Assembly: GCF_001194135.2 (NCBI RefSeq)
Contig: NC_068983.1
Location: 149,598,407-149,662,406, forward strand
DNA from: Octopus bimaculoides
Taxonomy: Eukaryota
Direction: 5' to 3'
DNA: 64,000 nt
The translations under genes and the position numbers were made by a program. The notes beneath the pieces were generated by a model that was not told the DNA's origin, ran no database searches, and worked only from the letters and a program-made list of their open reading frames with translations. Shown here piece by piece: positions 48,375 to 63,200 of this stretch; the stretch's first letter is position 1; every line of letters starts with the position of its first letter.

Positions 48375-51213
48375 CATGTATGTTGCTTATGGATTCAAAA
48401 ACTGAGTTGCCGATTTTGACAAATGAGGTATCAAAAGATTCAGTAATCTTTCGGCTACCAAATAAAGTATGTTTTTTGCACAACTCTTTTTTTACTACAA
48501 AAATAACCTCGAAAACGAGGTTGGGGTGTGTGTGCACATGCACACACACGAATGTACCTGTATCAGTGAGAATGCTTACATCCTGAAATTGCATGAACTA
48601 CAATAGATGTTTGAAAAGCAAGAGCGCCTCGCTGTAAAATAATGCATCAACAATATGCATTAGTTTCATTCATTTTAGCTTGGAAAAATGCATTATAAAA
48701 ACAAATGAACAAATATATTTGTATATCATAAAATTTGTTCTGACTGGGACTTTAGGTGAAACTTAATCTCAGTCAAAAAACGAATGTTATAAATTTGACT
48801 CTACTTTCAGTATTGAGTCTTTCCATCAGTAAATATTCTGTTCGCATTCTTAAATTTGCTTTAATATAATAACCTTAATTTAACATTTACAATATATCAA
48901 TCTAAATACTTACAGGGTAACTTGACTTGGTAGTCCATTTAAGATTATAGCCAACAATCAAGAGGACAGTGAAAAATGCATACAAGATCAATGTAAGTAT
49001 GGTGAGATTCAAAAACCGTGACACCTAGGAAGTTGAAAAAATACAATAGAAAATAAATAAAAATATTTGTTTCATTCTTAGATGCAAAGCAGCTTTTTAA
49101 GAGGAATTATAGTAGGCAGATGCAATTTCAGTATATTATCATTGTCAGATAACTGGTGGAAATTGTTTTATGCATGGCATATAACCCCTTATAACTTATT
49201 TATTTTTTGCAATTTTCAGAAAACTTTTGTGAACCTGTGCTCTACACACAGGGATTCATATGACTATACAAAAAAAAAAAAAAAAAAATTTAATTTTTCG
49301 AAATTTTTATTTTTATTTTTTTTTTATAATTTTTTTTTTTAAATCACAGTTTAAAATAAGGGCAGTCTGAATTTTTTGCTTAAATCCCAACAATAGACCA
49401 TTAAATGTGTTTATGGGGAGAGACAGTGGAAAACATCAGTATGTCAAAGTGACAAACAAACAAGGACAGTATGAGGTAGTCATGATATGTGCTAAAAATA
49501 ACAGCTAAATACTCCTTAAATCAAACAAAAATTTTTTTTTTTTGTTTTTGCATAGTCATATGATTTCCAGTGTGTAGAACACAAATTTGCAAACATTTTC
49601 TGAAAATTCCAAACAATCAAAACGTTATGCGGGATTATATGCTGTTTGTAAAGCAGAATTTCGACAGACATTCAACTGCAGAAAGAATGGTAGAAGGATG
49701 AAACCTGATACAATAAAAGCATTCAATCAGACTCTTTTATTACTATCCCTCCTCCTCTAAGATACATGATAACAACAAATGCTACAAGCAAGTGGCTTAT
49801 AAAGATTTCATAGTTATACTATGACTTAATCAGAGATTATGAGTATTGAAATCATAACACATCTTGGAAGCGTTAAGATAGTCATTTAAAGCACACACAC
49901 ACACACACACACACACAATCGTCGTTGTCGTCATCATCAAACATCTGTTTTCCATGCTGGCATGGACTGGATGGTTTGACAGGAGCTGGTTAGGCTGGGG
50001 GCTGCACCAGACTCCAATGTCTGTTCTGACATGGTTTCTATGGCTGGATGCCCTCCCTAATGCCAACTACTTTACAAAGTGTATTGGGTGCTTTTTACAT
50101 GTCATCAGAACCAGTGTATTTTACGTGACACCAGTACATATATACAATTATATATTTGTTTCATGATTTTGTATCATACAACTACCATCATTATCAACAA
50201 CATACTTTTACAGCCATTTTTTAATGTTTGAATAAGTTGGACATATCTAGCACAGCGTTTCACTACTTGTGATTCTTTGTGATGTTTAAACCTCTTGGGA
50301 TCAGCTTTTACCAATTCTTTCTGGGTTTACTATGGCTTTCCTCTCCCCAGGTTCCTTCGACTTGAATTTTTGGCACTTCTTTACCCAAATGTTATCCTCC
50401 ATACACATCACATATCTGTACTAGCTGCCTTCTCTCTTGCATGCTTCATCTGATACTTCTTATGCCCAGTTTTTTTTGGGTTTTTTTTTTTTTACCTCAC
50501 AGCTCATTTATGCATTATTCTTGATATGAACTAACATTATGCATCTAGTGGATCATGCTCACCACATTTCTTTGAAGCTTTTGCACACACGCATTATGTA
50601 GTTCTCAAGAAGACCAGCCCATCTCAGTGAAACTGAAATTCTGGAAGCACAAATGTTTATAAATATGCACAATTGTGTCTCCACATCCAATATCTTGCTC
50701 AAAACATTCACTACACATCATTGCTCTAACTGAACTATTCACCTACCCTCTTTCTTTCATCCCAGTCTGCTGTATCAATACTATAAATATTATTAATACT
50801 CCACTGCTTTTCATCACCTTACACCCTTTTCTACATCATCATCATCATCATCATCGTCGTTTAATGTCCGCTTTCCATGCTAGCATGGGTTGGACGATTT
50901 GACTGAGGACTGGTGAAACCAGATGGCAACACCAGGCTCCAGTCTGATTTGGCAGAGTTTCTAGAGCTGGATGCCCTTCCTAACGCCAACCACTCAGAGA
51001 GTGTAGTGGGTGCTTTTACGTGGCACCCGCACAAAGGCCAGTCAGGCGGTACTGGCAACGGCCACGCTCAAGATGGTGTCTTTTATGTGCCACCCACACA
51101 AGAGCCAGTCCAGGGGCACTGGCAACGATCTCACTTGGCTTGCCGGGTCTTCTCACATACATTGTATTTAAAAAACACCATATGCCATACACTGCAATTA
51201 TCAAACAGTTAAA

Positions 51214-51254
<41 letters not shown>

Positions 51255-54200
51255 AGGAAAGTGTTGTATATAGTGCTCAGGTGCACTACAACTAAAAAAA
51301 AAACAAAAAAAAAAGGTCATCAGGTATGCTGTTGGTGGATTTCAGGAAGCATGGAAGTTTTGAAGAATGTAGTGTCTCAACAGTTTATTCCATGCTTCAG
51401 CAGTTCTGAGCATGGAAAAATGTTTCCAAAAGCCATGGGTGCTGTGTTGTTTTTTTGATTTTATAAGCATGTCCGCGAGTGTTTGCCATACGGAATTCAA
51501 AAAGGTATATTTTAAAGCTTATATTTACATGCTTAGAATGTATTTAATCCTGAAACAAAACAATAGCGTTGTGAATATATCATAAAATATTTCTGTTCCC
51601 CTAATTTTAAAGCTTTCAAAAAAACATGCATCGGTAATTTCCTTTCCTCTGCTTCCCTCAACTCATGTCTCATAGGTCACCCTTTAACTCTACTCGATTT
51701 CTGCAATTGTCATCTACTCTTTCCCACCTCTCCTACTTACCATTCCTCAACATTTGTTCTTCATAATGTTCACCCTCTCATCCATTCTTTATTCCTAACC
51801 ATCTTTCACTTTCTCATTACACTCTTGCAAACTCAACCCATCCACAGTTCTTGTTCTCTTATCCCTACTCATTTCTATTTACCTCATATCTCAAGGGTCC
51901 ATACACTACGACACCTCATCACCACTATTTTTATTTCTTTCCAGTTCCACCTCAAACACTCACACTCATTCTTTTATATTGTGAGTAGCTGTGTAGCTCC
52001 CCTAAAAGAAACTTGTTCTGTTCTAGCCTTTTCTCTTTCACTCTAATCCCCTTGTCCCATAGCATAAAGCCACATTTCTCTCTACGGTAACTCCACTCAT
52101 TTGAAGGGGAGCTTCATCTGCACTCATCATTATCATCGTTTAACGTCTGCTTTCCATGCTGGCATGAGATGGACGGTTTGACTGAGGACTGGTGAGCCAG
52201 AGGTTGCACCAGGCTCAATCTGATCTGGTAAAGTTTCTACAGCTGTATGCCCTTCCTAACACCAACCACTCTGAGAGTGTAGTGGGTGCCTTTTACGTGC
52301 CACTGGCATGAGGGCTAGTCAGGCGGTTCTGGCAACGACCACGCTCAAAAGGTGTTTTTATGTGCTACCAGCACGGAAGCCAGTCAGGCGGCACTAGCAA
52401 CGACCACGCTTGAATGTTGGTTTTCACGTTCCACCGGCACATGTGCCAGTAAGGTGTTACTAGCAACAATCATGCTCGAATGGTGCTTTCATGTGTCACC
52501 AGCACAGGAGCCAATCCGTGGTCCTGGCAACGATCATGCTCGGATGTGCTTTTAATATTCCACTGGCACGAGTGCCAATCAGGTGGTACTACCATCGGCC
52601 ATGTCAGCGATTTTGGTTTGTTTACACTTGCCTCAAGCGGGGTACTCATAAATGGGCTGGTTACACCCACTGGCATAGGCCATGGGCTATGGTCTCACTT
52701 GGCTTGTCGGGTCTTCTCAAGCACAGCATATCTCCAAAGATCCTGGTCATTAGTCATTGCCTGGTAAGTCCCAATGTTCGAAGGTCGTGCTTCACCACCT
52801 CATCCCAGGTTTTCCTGGGTCTACTTCTTCCACAGGTTCCCTCAACTGCTAATAATAATAATAATAATAACTGCCCTGATGCACTACCAGGCAGTGGCTC
52901 TCATGGCTTTTGATCTTAACTGATTGGAAGTGTTATCATGTACATTGTTTTGTCTTGGTATAAAAGATGGGCTACAGCAAATATTCTGCTCAATACCACA
53001 GATTTGCTTGTCAATTGCTTGACCCTCACCAGTTGAGCATGACCCTTGGTGGCTGATGATACGTGCATTTCTGATCACGAGCAGAAGTAGTGGGGGAGCA
53101 TCATAGCTATGTGTTGAGAGGAATTCTTTGGGGTGTGAATAATTCACCTCTGGAAACATGGGTGTTTTGTTCATCATCCTTAAGCAAACCTTATTAAGAG
53201 ACCTTTTGAGTGCCACCTGAAAGGTCATGTGCTGCATATCTTGATATGAGATTACCATATCATGCATATATGGTTGTGATGTATGTGCCTGGTGTACCCT
53301 TATCAGACAGGTAGTCACGATGGGTATACTGGGCTTTGTATATTTGTACCCCAATGTTACTTTGATGGCATGCACTGCTCTTTCACTCAATAATAATAAT
53401 AATAATAATAATGAAGCATGGCAACCTCACTATGCAAAAGCACCCAGTACACTTTGTACAATACTTGGCATTAGGAAGGGTACCCAGCCATAGAAACTAT
53501 GCTAAAGTAGACATTGGCTTTATTCATTGGATCCTATCAAACTGTCCAACCCATACCAGCTTGGAACATGGCTGTTAAATGATGATGATGATGATGATAA
53601 CGTAAGACTTCCCTATGAGGCAAATCTGCAAACCTTATAAGAATAAATTTATTCTATGATAAATCTTTAAAGAAAATTTTTCAAGACTCATGGTTGTTCT
53701 TAAATACTTTATCTATTACACTTGTGATATATTCCAACTTCAGAAATTTGTGGAAATCAGTCATTAATTCTAAACACATGAACACTTAGTCTGAGTTTTA
53801 GTTACTAGATTTATAAATTCATTATTACATCTACATTTAAGGATTCATTGAAAAAGAGCATAGTTGAAAAAAAAAAAAAACCTAAAAAACAAAATTAATT
53901 ATTGACTGCAAAAGAACAATGCTGTTAATAAAGTGCTTTATTATTGATAACACTTACTGTTGTCAAGCGTTGACTTATAGATGCTCGGATTGCTGTACTT
54001 CCAGTAATGACAAGCTAGATAGGGAAAGAAAATTCAAATGAAATTTTAAGCCAGTCAAACAATATTTAAATTAATGTTAAATGAAGTGAGTGGCATTTAC
54101 TGAGTAGTATAAGAATGAAGCATGTTTGCAGTTGTCTACCTACTTACAGAAATGATTAAACTCATAGAGTTAATGTTGTCTTTTCTTTACTGCACAATTA

Positions 54201-57200
54201 TTTCTAATAAGAATTTTGATGCTCGCAACATTAAATATGTTAACAGTGATTTAATTGTTGCTTCCTCATGTAGATTATGTATATGACAATTCTTCCTAAA
54301 TTACATTTCTTTAGAAATTTTGAATTCTGGAGCCAAAATTTAATAAGTGTTCCTGATGAATACCCATGAAAGAATTTCTTGTGCTATACCTATGACATAA
54401 CTTTGGTTCAGAGTTGCAAACTATCAAAATGCTTATCTGTCCATACAACTGCAGCTGCTTACAATCACAAAATAAATCTTCAAGGCATCTGTTGAGATCT
54501 TGAGCCAATGAAAAAGCCTCTACACAGTCATGTGACCTGTGTGATAACGAGAAAGATTTAGCTGCTATAAATAACTGCCAAATCACTCTTAAATTACATC
54601 CTTCTATAGTAAAAATGGATGAAATAGTGTATAACATTGTCTTAGGTATCCAAAATACAGGCTGACCTGTAATTTTGATCATAAATCTGCTCAATCAGGG
54701 CTAACTTAGGGCTAAACAACATCATCATCATCTCTCTTTCCTCTTCTCTCATATCTACCCTGCCCCTACTATATATTAGTCACACTTTTTCTAAGGCAGT
54801 TATTTGGTAGAATTAGTAAAGTGTCAGTTAGAATACTTTGCAGCATTTACTGCAGGTTTCTGTACTCTGACTTGAAAATCATGCCTTTTGTCCTTTCTAG
54901 CTTGATAAATAAAGTACCAGAATTGTTAGAATTTCAAACAAGATGCCTTGCAGTATTTGTTCCAGCTTCATGTGTTCTGAATTCAATATCTGAGAAAGGA
55001 GCCAATGGCCCGTGAGGGGAGGTATGCTTAAAACCAATATGAATAAGTCCACAACATCATGGTGAGGTTTCAATCCAACAATGAAATGACAACATGGACC
55101 TATTGTGAATAAATAAAAAGTTTCAAATACAAATATTGGTTTCAAGTTTGGGCACAGGGCTAGCAATTTCGTGGAATGGGTAAGTCGATTATACTATCCC
55201 CAGTATTCAACTGGTACTTTATTTTAGTGATTCTGAAAGGATGAAAGGCAAAGTTGACCCCTGGCCACATTTGAACTCAGAAGATAAAATCAAATGAAAT
55301 ACTGCTAAACATTTTGCTTAGTGGATGAACAATTCTGTCAGCTTGCCACTTTGTTTAAAACATAGTATTACTTTCAATAACCTTTTAGCATAAGCAGAAC
55401 CCCCCCCCCCCCAAAAAAAAAAACAGCCTGCTTTTTCATTTTCTTTCTGTTTAGCTTTCTCAATAAACAAGGAATACATTAAATGTTAATTATTGAAGTT
55501 AACATACCAAGAAATACAGTGGCTAAACAAGTAAAAGCAAATGACTGGCACCCGTGCCAGTGGAGCGCTAACAGCATTGTCTGAGTGTGATCATTGCCAG
55601 AGCAGCTGTCTGGCTTCCGTGCTGGTGGCATGTAAATAGCACCATTTGAGCGTGATTGTTACTAGCGTCACCTTACTGGCACATGAAAAAACATTCGTGC
55701 GAGGTCATTGCCAGTGCCGCTGGACTGGCTCCTGTGCAGGTGACACGTAAAAAACACCATTTGAGCATGGCCATTGCCAGTACCGCCTGACTGGCCCTCG
55801 TGCCAGTAGCATGTAAAAGCACTCACTACACTCTTGGAGTGGTTGGTGTTAGGAAGGGCATCCAGCTGTAGAAACTCTGCAAGATCAGATTGGAGCCTGG
55901 TGCAGCCATCTGGCTCGCCAGTCCTCAGTCAAATCATCCAACCCATGCTAACATGGAAAGCGGACGTTAAACGATGATGATGAAGATGATGATGGCTGTG
56001 TGGTTAAGAAGCTCACTTTGCAGGGTTAACCAATGTTTTGTGGTCAAATATGATATATGGAACTCTGAATCCTGACACATACACACACACATGTATGTAT
56101 GTACACACAAAGGGGTGCCAAAAAGTTCATGTCCTTAAGGATATCACAAAAGGCCTGGTTGGAAGCCCAACTTTCTGAGTACTTTTACATGGCTTAGAAA
56201 AACTGAAGGACTACTGCAGTAAGTGTGTGAATTAGAGAGGGGAGTATGTTGAATAAAATCATAATTAATTGATCTTCCGGTGTTTTCCTTTACCCAAAGT
56301 GAGGAACTTTTCAGTAACACCTCATATGAGTAAATATGTGTGTATCTTTATGTTTGTGCTTGTAACCTCTCCACCTACACTTAACAATGGAGTTACTTTG
56401 TTTACATCCCCCTAATGAGGCAAGTGAAATCGAAGTCGAATTCGAAACCGAACCAAATTCGACAACTGGCACCCATGCCAACCTCTCCTTCATTGGACAC
56501 TAACCTCTGCTTGCGAAGACCTGTTGGGGCAAGTGAAATTGAAATTGAACCAAAGTCGATGAGTGGCACCTGTGCCAGTGGAGCGCTAACAGCTCCATCC
56601 AAGCAGGATCACTGCCAGAGCAGCTGTCTGGTTTCCGTGCCGGTGGCATGTAAAAAGCACCATTTGAGCATGCTCTTTACCAGCATCACCTTATTGGCAC
56701 TTGTGCTAGTGGCACGTGAACAAAACATTCGAGCAAGGTCGTTGCCAGTGCCGCTGGACTGACTCCTGTGCAGGTGGCACGTAAAAGCACCCACTATACT
56801 TTCAGAGTAGTTGGCGTAAGGAAGGGCATCCAGCTGTAGAAACTCTGCCAGATCAGATTGGAGCCTGGTGCAGCCATCTGGTTCGCCAGTCCTCAGTCAA
56901 ATTGTTCAACCCATACTAGCATGGAAAGCGGACGTTAAACGATGATATAAATTAGTGGTTCAATGAAAAAGATCAACAGAATAAAACCCTTCAAGGCAGC
57001 ACCCCAACAAGGCTGCAGTCCAAGAAGTGAAATCAAGTAAAAGATAAAATATATTCAGACAATAAAAAACAAACACAAATCATAAGACTATAACTTACCA
57101 GCAAACCTGCAATAATACCAATTCCATAACAATTCAATTTACCAAAATATATAGCACCATCACCAAACTCTTTGAGAGGGATAACAACCACTTCAGCAAT

Positions 57201-60200
57201 GCCTAAAAAGGAAAACAATATGAACACTACTTGAAATTTCTATGTTCAATGGAAATTAAACAGAAATGTTATTTATCTTTCAAGTAGTAATCATGATCAC
57301 TTAAATAGTTGTTGCAAGAAAGGCTAAAATTTTTGACACCAACCCACTTGAGACTACCTCTAATTACTATATAAAAAAAAATTTAGTTATGTTTTACAAA
57401 ATCTTTCCAAATTTCATGTTGGGGAACAAAAAAATAGTCAGATGGTGCCAAATCAGGAAAATATGGAGGGTGATCAACCAGTTCAAAGCCACAGTCATGC
57501 ACAGTAGCCATTGCAACCACAGACTTGTGTGCGGGAGCATTGTCTTGGTGAAGCAGGACATCCTTTGTCAGATTTCCATGCTGTTTTGACTTGATTGCCT
57601 TTCGCAGCTGTCTCAGCAAGTTGGAATAGTCTCTTCCATTGATAGCATGACATTTCTGAAGGTAGACAATGAACACAATTCCCTTTGCATCCCAGAAGAT
57701 GGAGGCCATCACCTTCCCTACTGATGACACCACCTTGGCCTTCTTTGATGGGGAAGAAGAGGGATGTTTCCACTGCATGGACTGCCATTTGGCCTCTGGC
57801 TCAACATTCATTTTAGGTGAGGAAATGTTCAAGAAAACCAGCTGGATTTGTTTCAAAAAGTTCCAAGTTCACCTGCAACATGACCAGCCTGGTGTGCTTT
57901 TGATCAGGTGTCAAAAGTCATGGCACCCACCAAGCAGAAACATTCGAGCTGAGTATTCTGTTGTTGCTGGGCAATTTTCACAATTGAATGCTTTGGCAGA
58001 CTTTTGGACTAGCACACACAAGTTGGATTTTCTGTTTCGACAAAAATTTTTCAAATTCTTTTTTTCACCAAACCCTTGCATATGATGGGGAGAAGATTTT
58101 CATGTAAAGATATTTTTAGAAAAGTTATGAACCCCACCTACCACTTACAGACTGATTTTGACCAATTCTTTTTTTTGCACTACATACTTAAAAACAATTG
58201 GAGAATCTTGTCGGTTAAAAAAAATTCTTTAAATTGGCGATCACCATTACAATCCCCATTGCCTTTATTTTCAAATCAAAAATGAAACATAATTTAGAAA
58301 CAATAGCGAAACTTTTTTTTTCATTAATCCCCTCTCCCACCAAATTATTTTTTAACAATAGTTTTAAAATACAGACAGTCCAAATGTACAATTTGTTTCT
58401 GTTCATAATTTTTAAATAGTTTTCGGACAAAAAATGTGTGATTTAAGGGGGATCTAGCTGTTGTTTCTAGCACATCCAACAACCACCTGATATCTTCCTT
58501 GTTTCTTTATCACTCTGACATATATTGATGCTTTTCAATATTTTTCTCCCCATAAACACATTTTATGGAATGACGATGTGGAAGTAACAGTCTTGTTTAG
58601 ATCAAGGTCGATCCATTGCTGGGTTTTAAGCAACATCAAAAAAAAATTTGTAATTTAAATTTTTAACCCCCACTCTACACCAAGCAAGTGATAGACAAAT
58701 AGGGAGAGAGAGGTCTTTTCTGTTGCTGTCATAGATAGAATTTTAAAATTAAATGAAAATTGTAAAATTTGGTATATTGGTGTGCTTTTTCACACTGAAT
58801 CTAATTTTGTGATTCATTTATTCTAGAACATTCAAGAAAAATGCTACAGACGTTTAAAGTTTGATCACTTTTACCCAATCAGAAAACACAATTTAAAAGC
58901 TAGCATTTTGTGCATAATAGTTGTGTATCAAAATTAAAGTAAACATTACAAGATGAAGTTTTAAGCAAAATGAAAGCAACCATACAGAGAGTGATAAAGT
59001 GTAGTAAATATATAGAGAGAGGGTAAGGTGTAAAAGAGAGAGAGAGTCTGATGATGACAAATAGAGTAGGAGATTTGTTGATCCAAAAGTTGAGTTATTT
59101 CTCATAACAAATCATATTTTTTTTATTATTATTTACTGACAACTTTTTCTTTGGGTCACACATTTCAAAAACCAAATTCTTTTTTTCTTGGGAATGCACT
59201 GATTCAGACCCTTTCAGGACTAAACACACATACATAACCACATACACTTTCATTTATTTATATCCCCTCTCTCTCTTTCGGAGAGGCACAAGCACATACA
59301 GACATATACACACATGGCAGTAACTTCCGCCTACCAAATTCAAACACAAAGCTTCGTCAGCCCGGGGCTATAGCAGAAGACACTTGCCCAAGGTGCCACG
59401 CGGTGGGATTAAACCTGAAACCATGTAGCTGGGAAGCAAGCTTCCTAACCACACAGCCATGCCCGCACCTACATATATATATATACACATATATATATAT
59501 ATATATATATATANNNNNNNNNNNNNNNNNNNNNNNNNNNNNNNNNNNNNNNNNNNNNNNNNNNNNNNNNNNNNNNNNNNNNNNNNNNNNNNNNNNNNNN
59601 NNNNNNNNNNNNNNNNNNNNNNNNNNNNNNNNNNNNNNNNNNNNNNNNNNNNNNCATGTGTGTGTGCACTCCTCTTGACATTATGCAAATTATTGTAAAT
59701 GTGCATCACCATCTTACAAGCAATATTGTTAATTTCCAGTCTCCCATGAAAAACATGTCTGACTATGGGGAAATGTTATCTTGCTTCAAAAAAGGTAAGG
59801 ATTGGTGTACCCAGCCATTGAAAATCTGCCTAACCCATGCAAACATGGAAAAGTGGACATTAAATGATGAGGATGGTTTTTTTTTGTAGCTCTTACAAGA
59901 CACCCAAAATGAAAGTGTAGCCAAATGGATGTAAAAGATAGCCAATACAAAATGAATTCAATCATCAGCTACTCTCACAAACATATATAATCATAATTTT
60001 AAAATGACATTTTATGTGGTTTAACCTAGTGTGTCTGTGTATGTGGCAGCAATGTACATTTGAAGAATGGTTAGATATCACCACCTCCTCCAAAACAAGT
60101 TACAAGTTGTCAAATTCTACTAAAACATACAACAGGATACGATGTATTTGATTTTAAACTAGATCTTGCTAGTTCCAGTAATTTTAGATACTATCAAAAC

Positions 60201-63200
60201 AAAACTGAAACTAAGTACAATGTTTTCTGAAGAAATCCTAATAATAGTCAACTGTGATAGCATAGTTTTTAGTTTAGACTCTACTCAAGCTGTAACAGTC
60301 TACTAGACTTTGGTACTAGCTTGCATGACATCAGCAATATAATTGTTTAGTAATTAAAGCAACCAAATTTAGCTGCTAAAAATAGCTTTGAATGATAAGA
60401 AAATGCTCATATTTAACCTTTATAAAATAATACAAGATACAAGAAATTCTCTATCCTCTCTAGTGTCATGAAAAAATGAACACAGTTTTTGCTGTGAAAT
60501 GACTGGTGTTAGGAAGGGCACCCAGTGGTAAAACCCATGTAAAAACTGAAGTAAGAATGAAGGTGATATAAATTTTGTAAACTAGGCATTAGGAAGGGTA
60601 TCCACCTGTAGAATCCATGCCAAGTAGACAGCAGAGTTTGGTGCTGTCTTCTGACTTGCTGGTTTTTGTCAAACCATCCAACTCATGCCAGTATGGGAAA
60701 CAGACATCATGATGATGATGACAGATATAACAACTGTTACAGTAGAAGGAACTCTTTAGATCTGCCAGTAAGTCTTTCTACAGAGATGGCATGATAAAAA
60801 CATTCAGTCTATGCTATAATGTGGTTGGTATTAGGAAGGATATTTGGCTGACATAAACTGTACAAAAATAAACTAAAAAAAAATGAAGGCAACTTAGGCC
60901 CTTTGAGCCACAATACCGAAGATAACCCATCTAGAAGAGCAATAGTTTAGGCAACCTGTTTACTGCTAGTCACACCATTTAAAATCTGCTTTCCATGCTG
61001 GCATGGGTTGGACAATCTAACAGGAGCTGTCCAGCTGTCCAGGTTCCAATTGTTTTGGCATGGTTTCTATGACTGGATACCCTTCCTAAAGCCAACCATT
61101 TTACATAGTGTACTGGTTGCTTTTACATGGCACTGGCATGGGTGCTTTCTATGTGATGCCAGCTTTTTATGTGGTGCCAGCACAAGTGCTTTTCACATGG
61201 TGCTGGCATGGGTTCTAAAGGACCTGTCTGTATGTATGGATGACCACAGTTTTACTTAGCTTGAAGTATCTTCTCAAGGACAGAATATTGTCAGAAGTCT
61301 CAGTCTCTTGTCATCTCCTCAGTGAGGCCTAACATCTGAAGATCCCTTCTCAGCACCTTGTCTTCCGGTTTCTACCCCTTCCACAGGTTCCCTCCACAAT
61401 TAGAGATCAGCAATTTTTTATGCAGCTATCCTCATCCATATGCATCACATGACCATACCAGCACAATCTTCTCTCTTGCACACAATATCTGATGTCTCTT
61501 AAATCACTTACACTCTCTTATACATACACACTGATATTACCCATCCAGCAGAGCATACCGGCTTTATTTCTTTCAAGCCTTCACAAGTCCTCTATAGTCA
61601 TAACCCATGTTTCACTGCCACACAGCATAGCTATATGTACATAGGCATCATGCAATCTGCCTTTCGCTTTAAGGGTGAGGCCCTTTGTCAACAACAGAGG
61701 AATAGCTCTTGGCTACTGGGCAGCCAGTCTTGAATTCCTGTTATTGCCTGAAGGATTATGATAAACAAGAGTGTGGTGAGGATTCATCTTTGGTGAACTC
61801 CTACTTGTACACTAAATTCATTGCTATACTCATTGCCAACCCTCACCTTACTGACAACATCCCTGAACATGACTTGTACAGTTCTCACTAACCACTCACC
61901 TATCACTAGCTTCCACATTGATCACCAGATAAAAGAGCAGGTGAACCTGTCAAAGGCTTATACTGGTGACTAAATAAAATGCACCTGGTCCCTGCTATAA
62001 AGTGATTGAAGGGCATCCAATTGTAAAAACAATGCCAAGAAACAAAACTAAACATACCATATATAACAACAAAGATTTGTAGTGTTTTTTGTTATTGCAC
62101 ACATTAGATGAAGGGCCATGCACCAGAGATCAGGTTTTTCTTAATTTTGTACTTTTCTTGTATATATATCATCAACATCACTTTTGTGTCTGCATTCCAT
62201 GCTGGCACGAACTGGATGGATTGTCATGGTTGGAGTCAGCATTTACTCGGGAGTACTGCTAACATAGATGTGTTGGCAGAACTTATTTAGCTCAAGTTTT
62301 GTTGTTGACTTGGTTTCTATAGTTGGATGTCCATCCTAACATTGACCACTTTACAGAGCGTAACGAGTGCCTTTTCATGGCACCAGCATTAGAGAGGTGT
62401 AATGTTCTTAGTAAGACTAAAGGGTCTTCACGACCTCACACGTTACATAATGTTTGGATTAGTACTTGTTTACTGACCCCCAAAAGGATGAAAGGCAAAG
62501 TTCACCTTAATGAGAGTTGGACTCATAGCACAGGGAGTCAGAACAAATATGGTGAGGTTTTTGTCAGGTGCTTTGACAAATGAGAATTTGACACCATCAT
62601 GAATGGCAATGTTGACATAAATAGGATCTCAATTCAGAATTGCTACCTACCATCTTCAACAATGACAACAATAATAATCGGAAGGAAAATAATTTTGAGA
62701 GACGTATCATAACAGGGATGAAGGGATGAGGAAAGACGGGAAATGGTGCAACAAGTGGCTTTAGCTGGGTCATAAGGGACTGTTTTAATAGTAGAAAAGG
62801 TAGAAAGAGGACACAGCTTGATGCTGAATCACTGAAGATTGATCTTTCCGGTGACTGAGTTTGTCTTAAATGTGCTTGTGTTCCACTGTTCCAGAATGTG
62901 ATCAGTGTTCTAGAGTAGGGTGGCTCCAAAGAGGACACCCAGCTTCTGTGAAACAGGATTGGTTATATGAAGAATGATTATTAGAGATTGTAAGAAATAT
63001 GATCAGAAGAATAAAGCAAAGTAAAGAGGGAAATTAAGTTTTAAGAGAAACACTAATGATATAATTATATTGAATTGTTCTGAGTGTTTCTTTTATACAA
63101 ACATTTAATCATATACAAGTTCTGAAAACAATTTAATCTAATTATAAGGTTTATGTATTAAAATTAAGCTTCAATGGACATGTAAATAACTTATATAACC

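Noticed and set aside
54311-54694. 127-aa minus-strand ORF in MS4A-like intron 2
   Set aside because: No recognisable motif, no convincing splice signals, and the gene model is complete without it. Probably chance or an unrecognisable relic.
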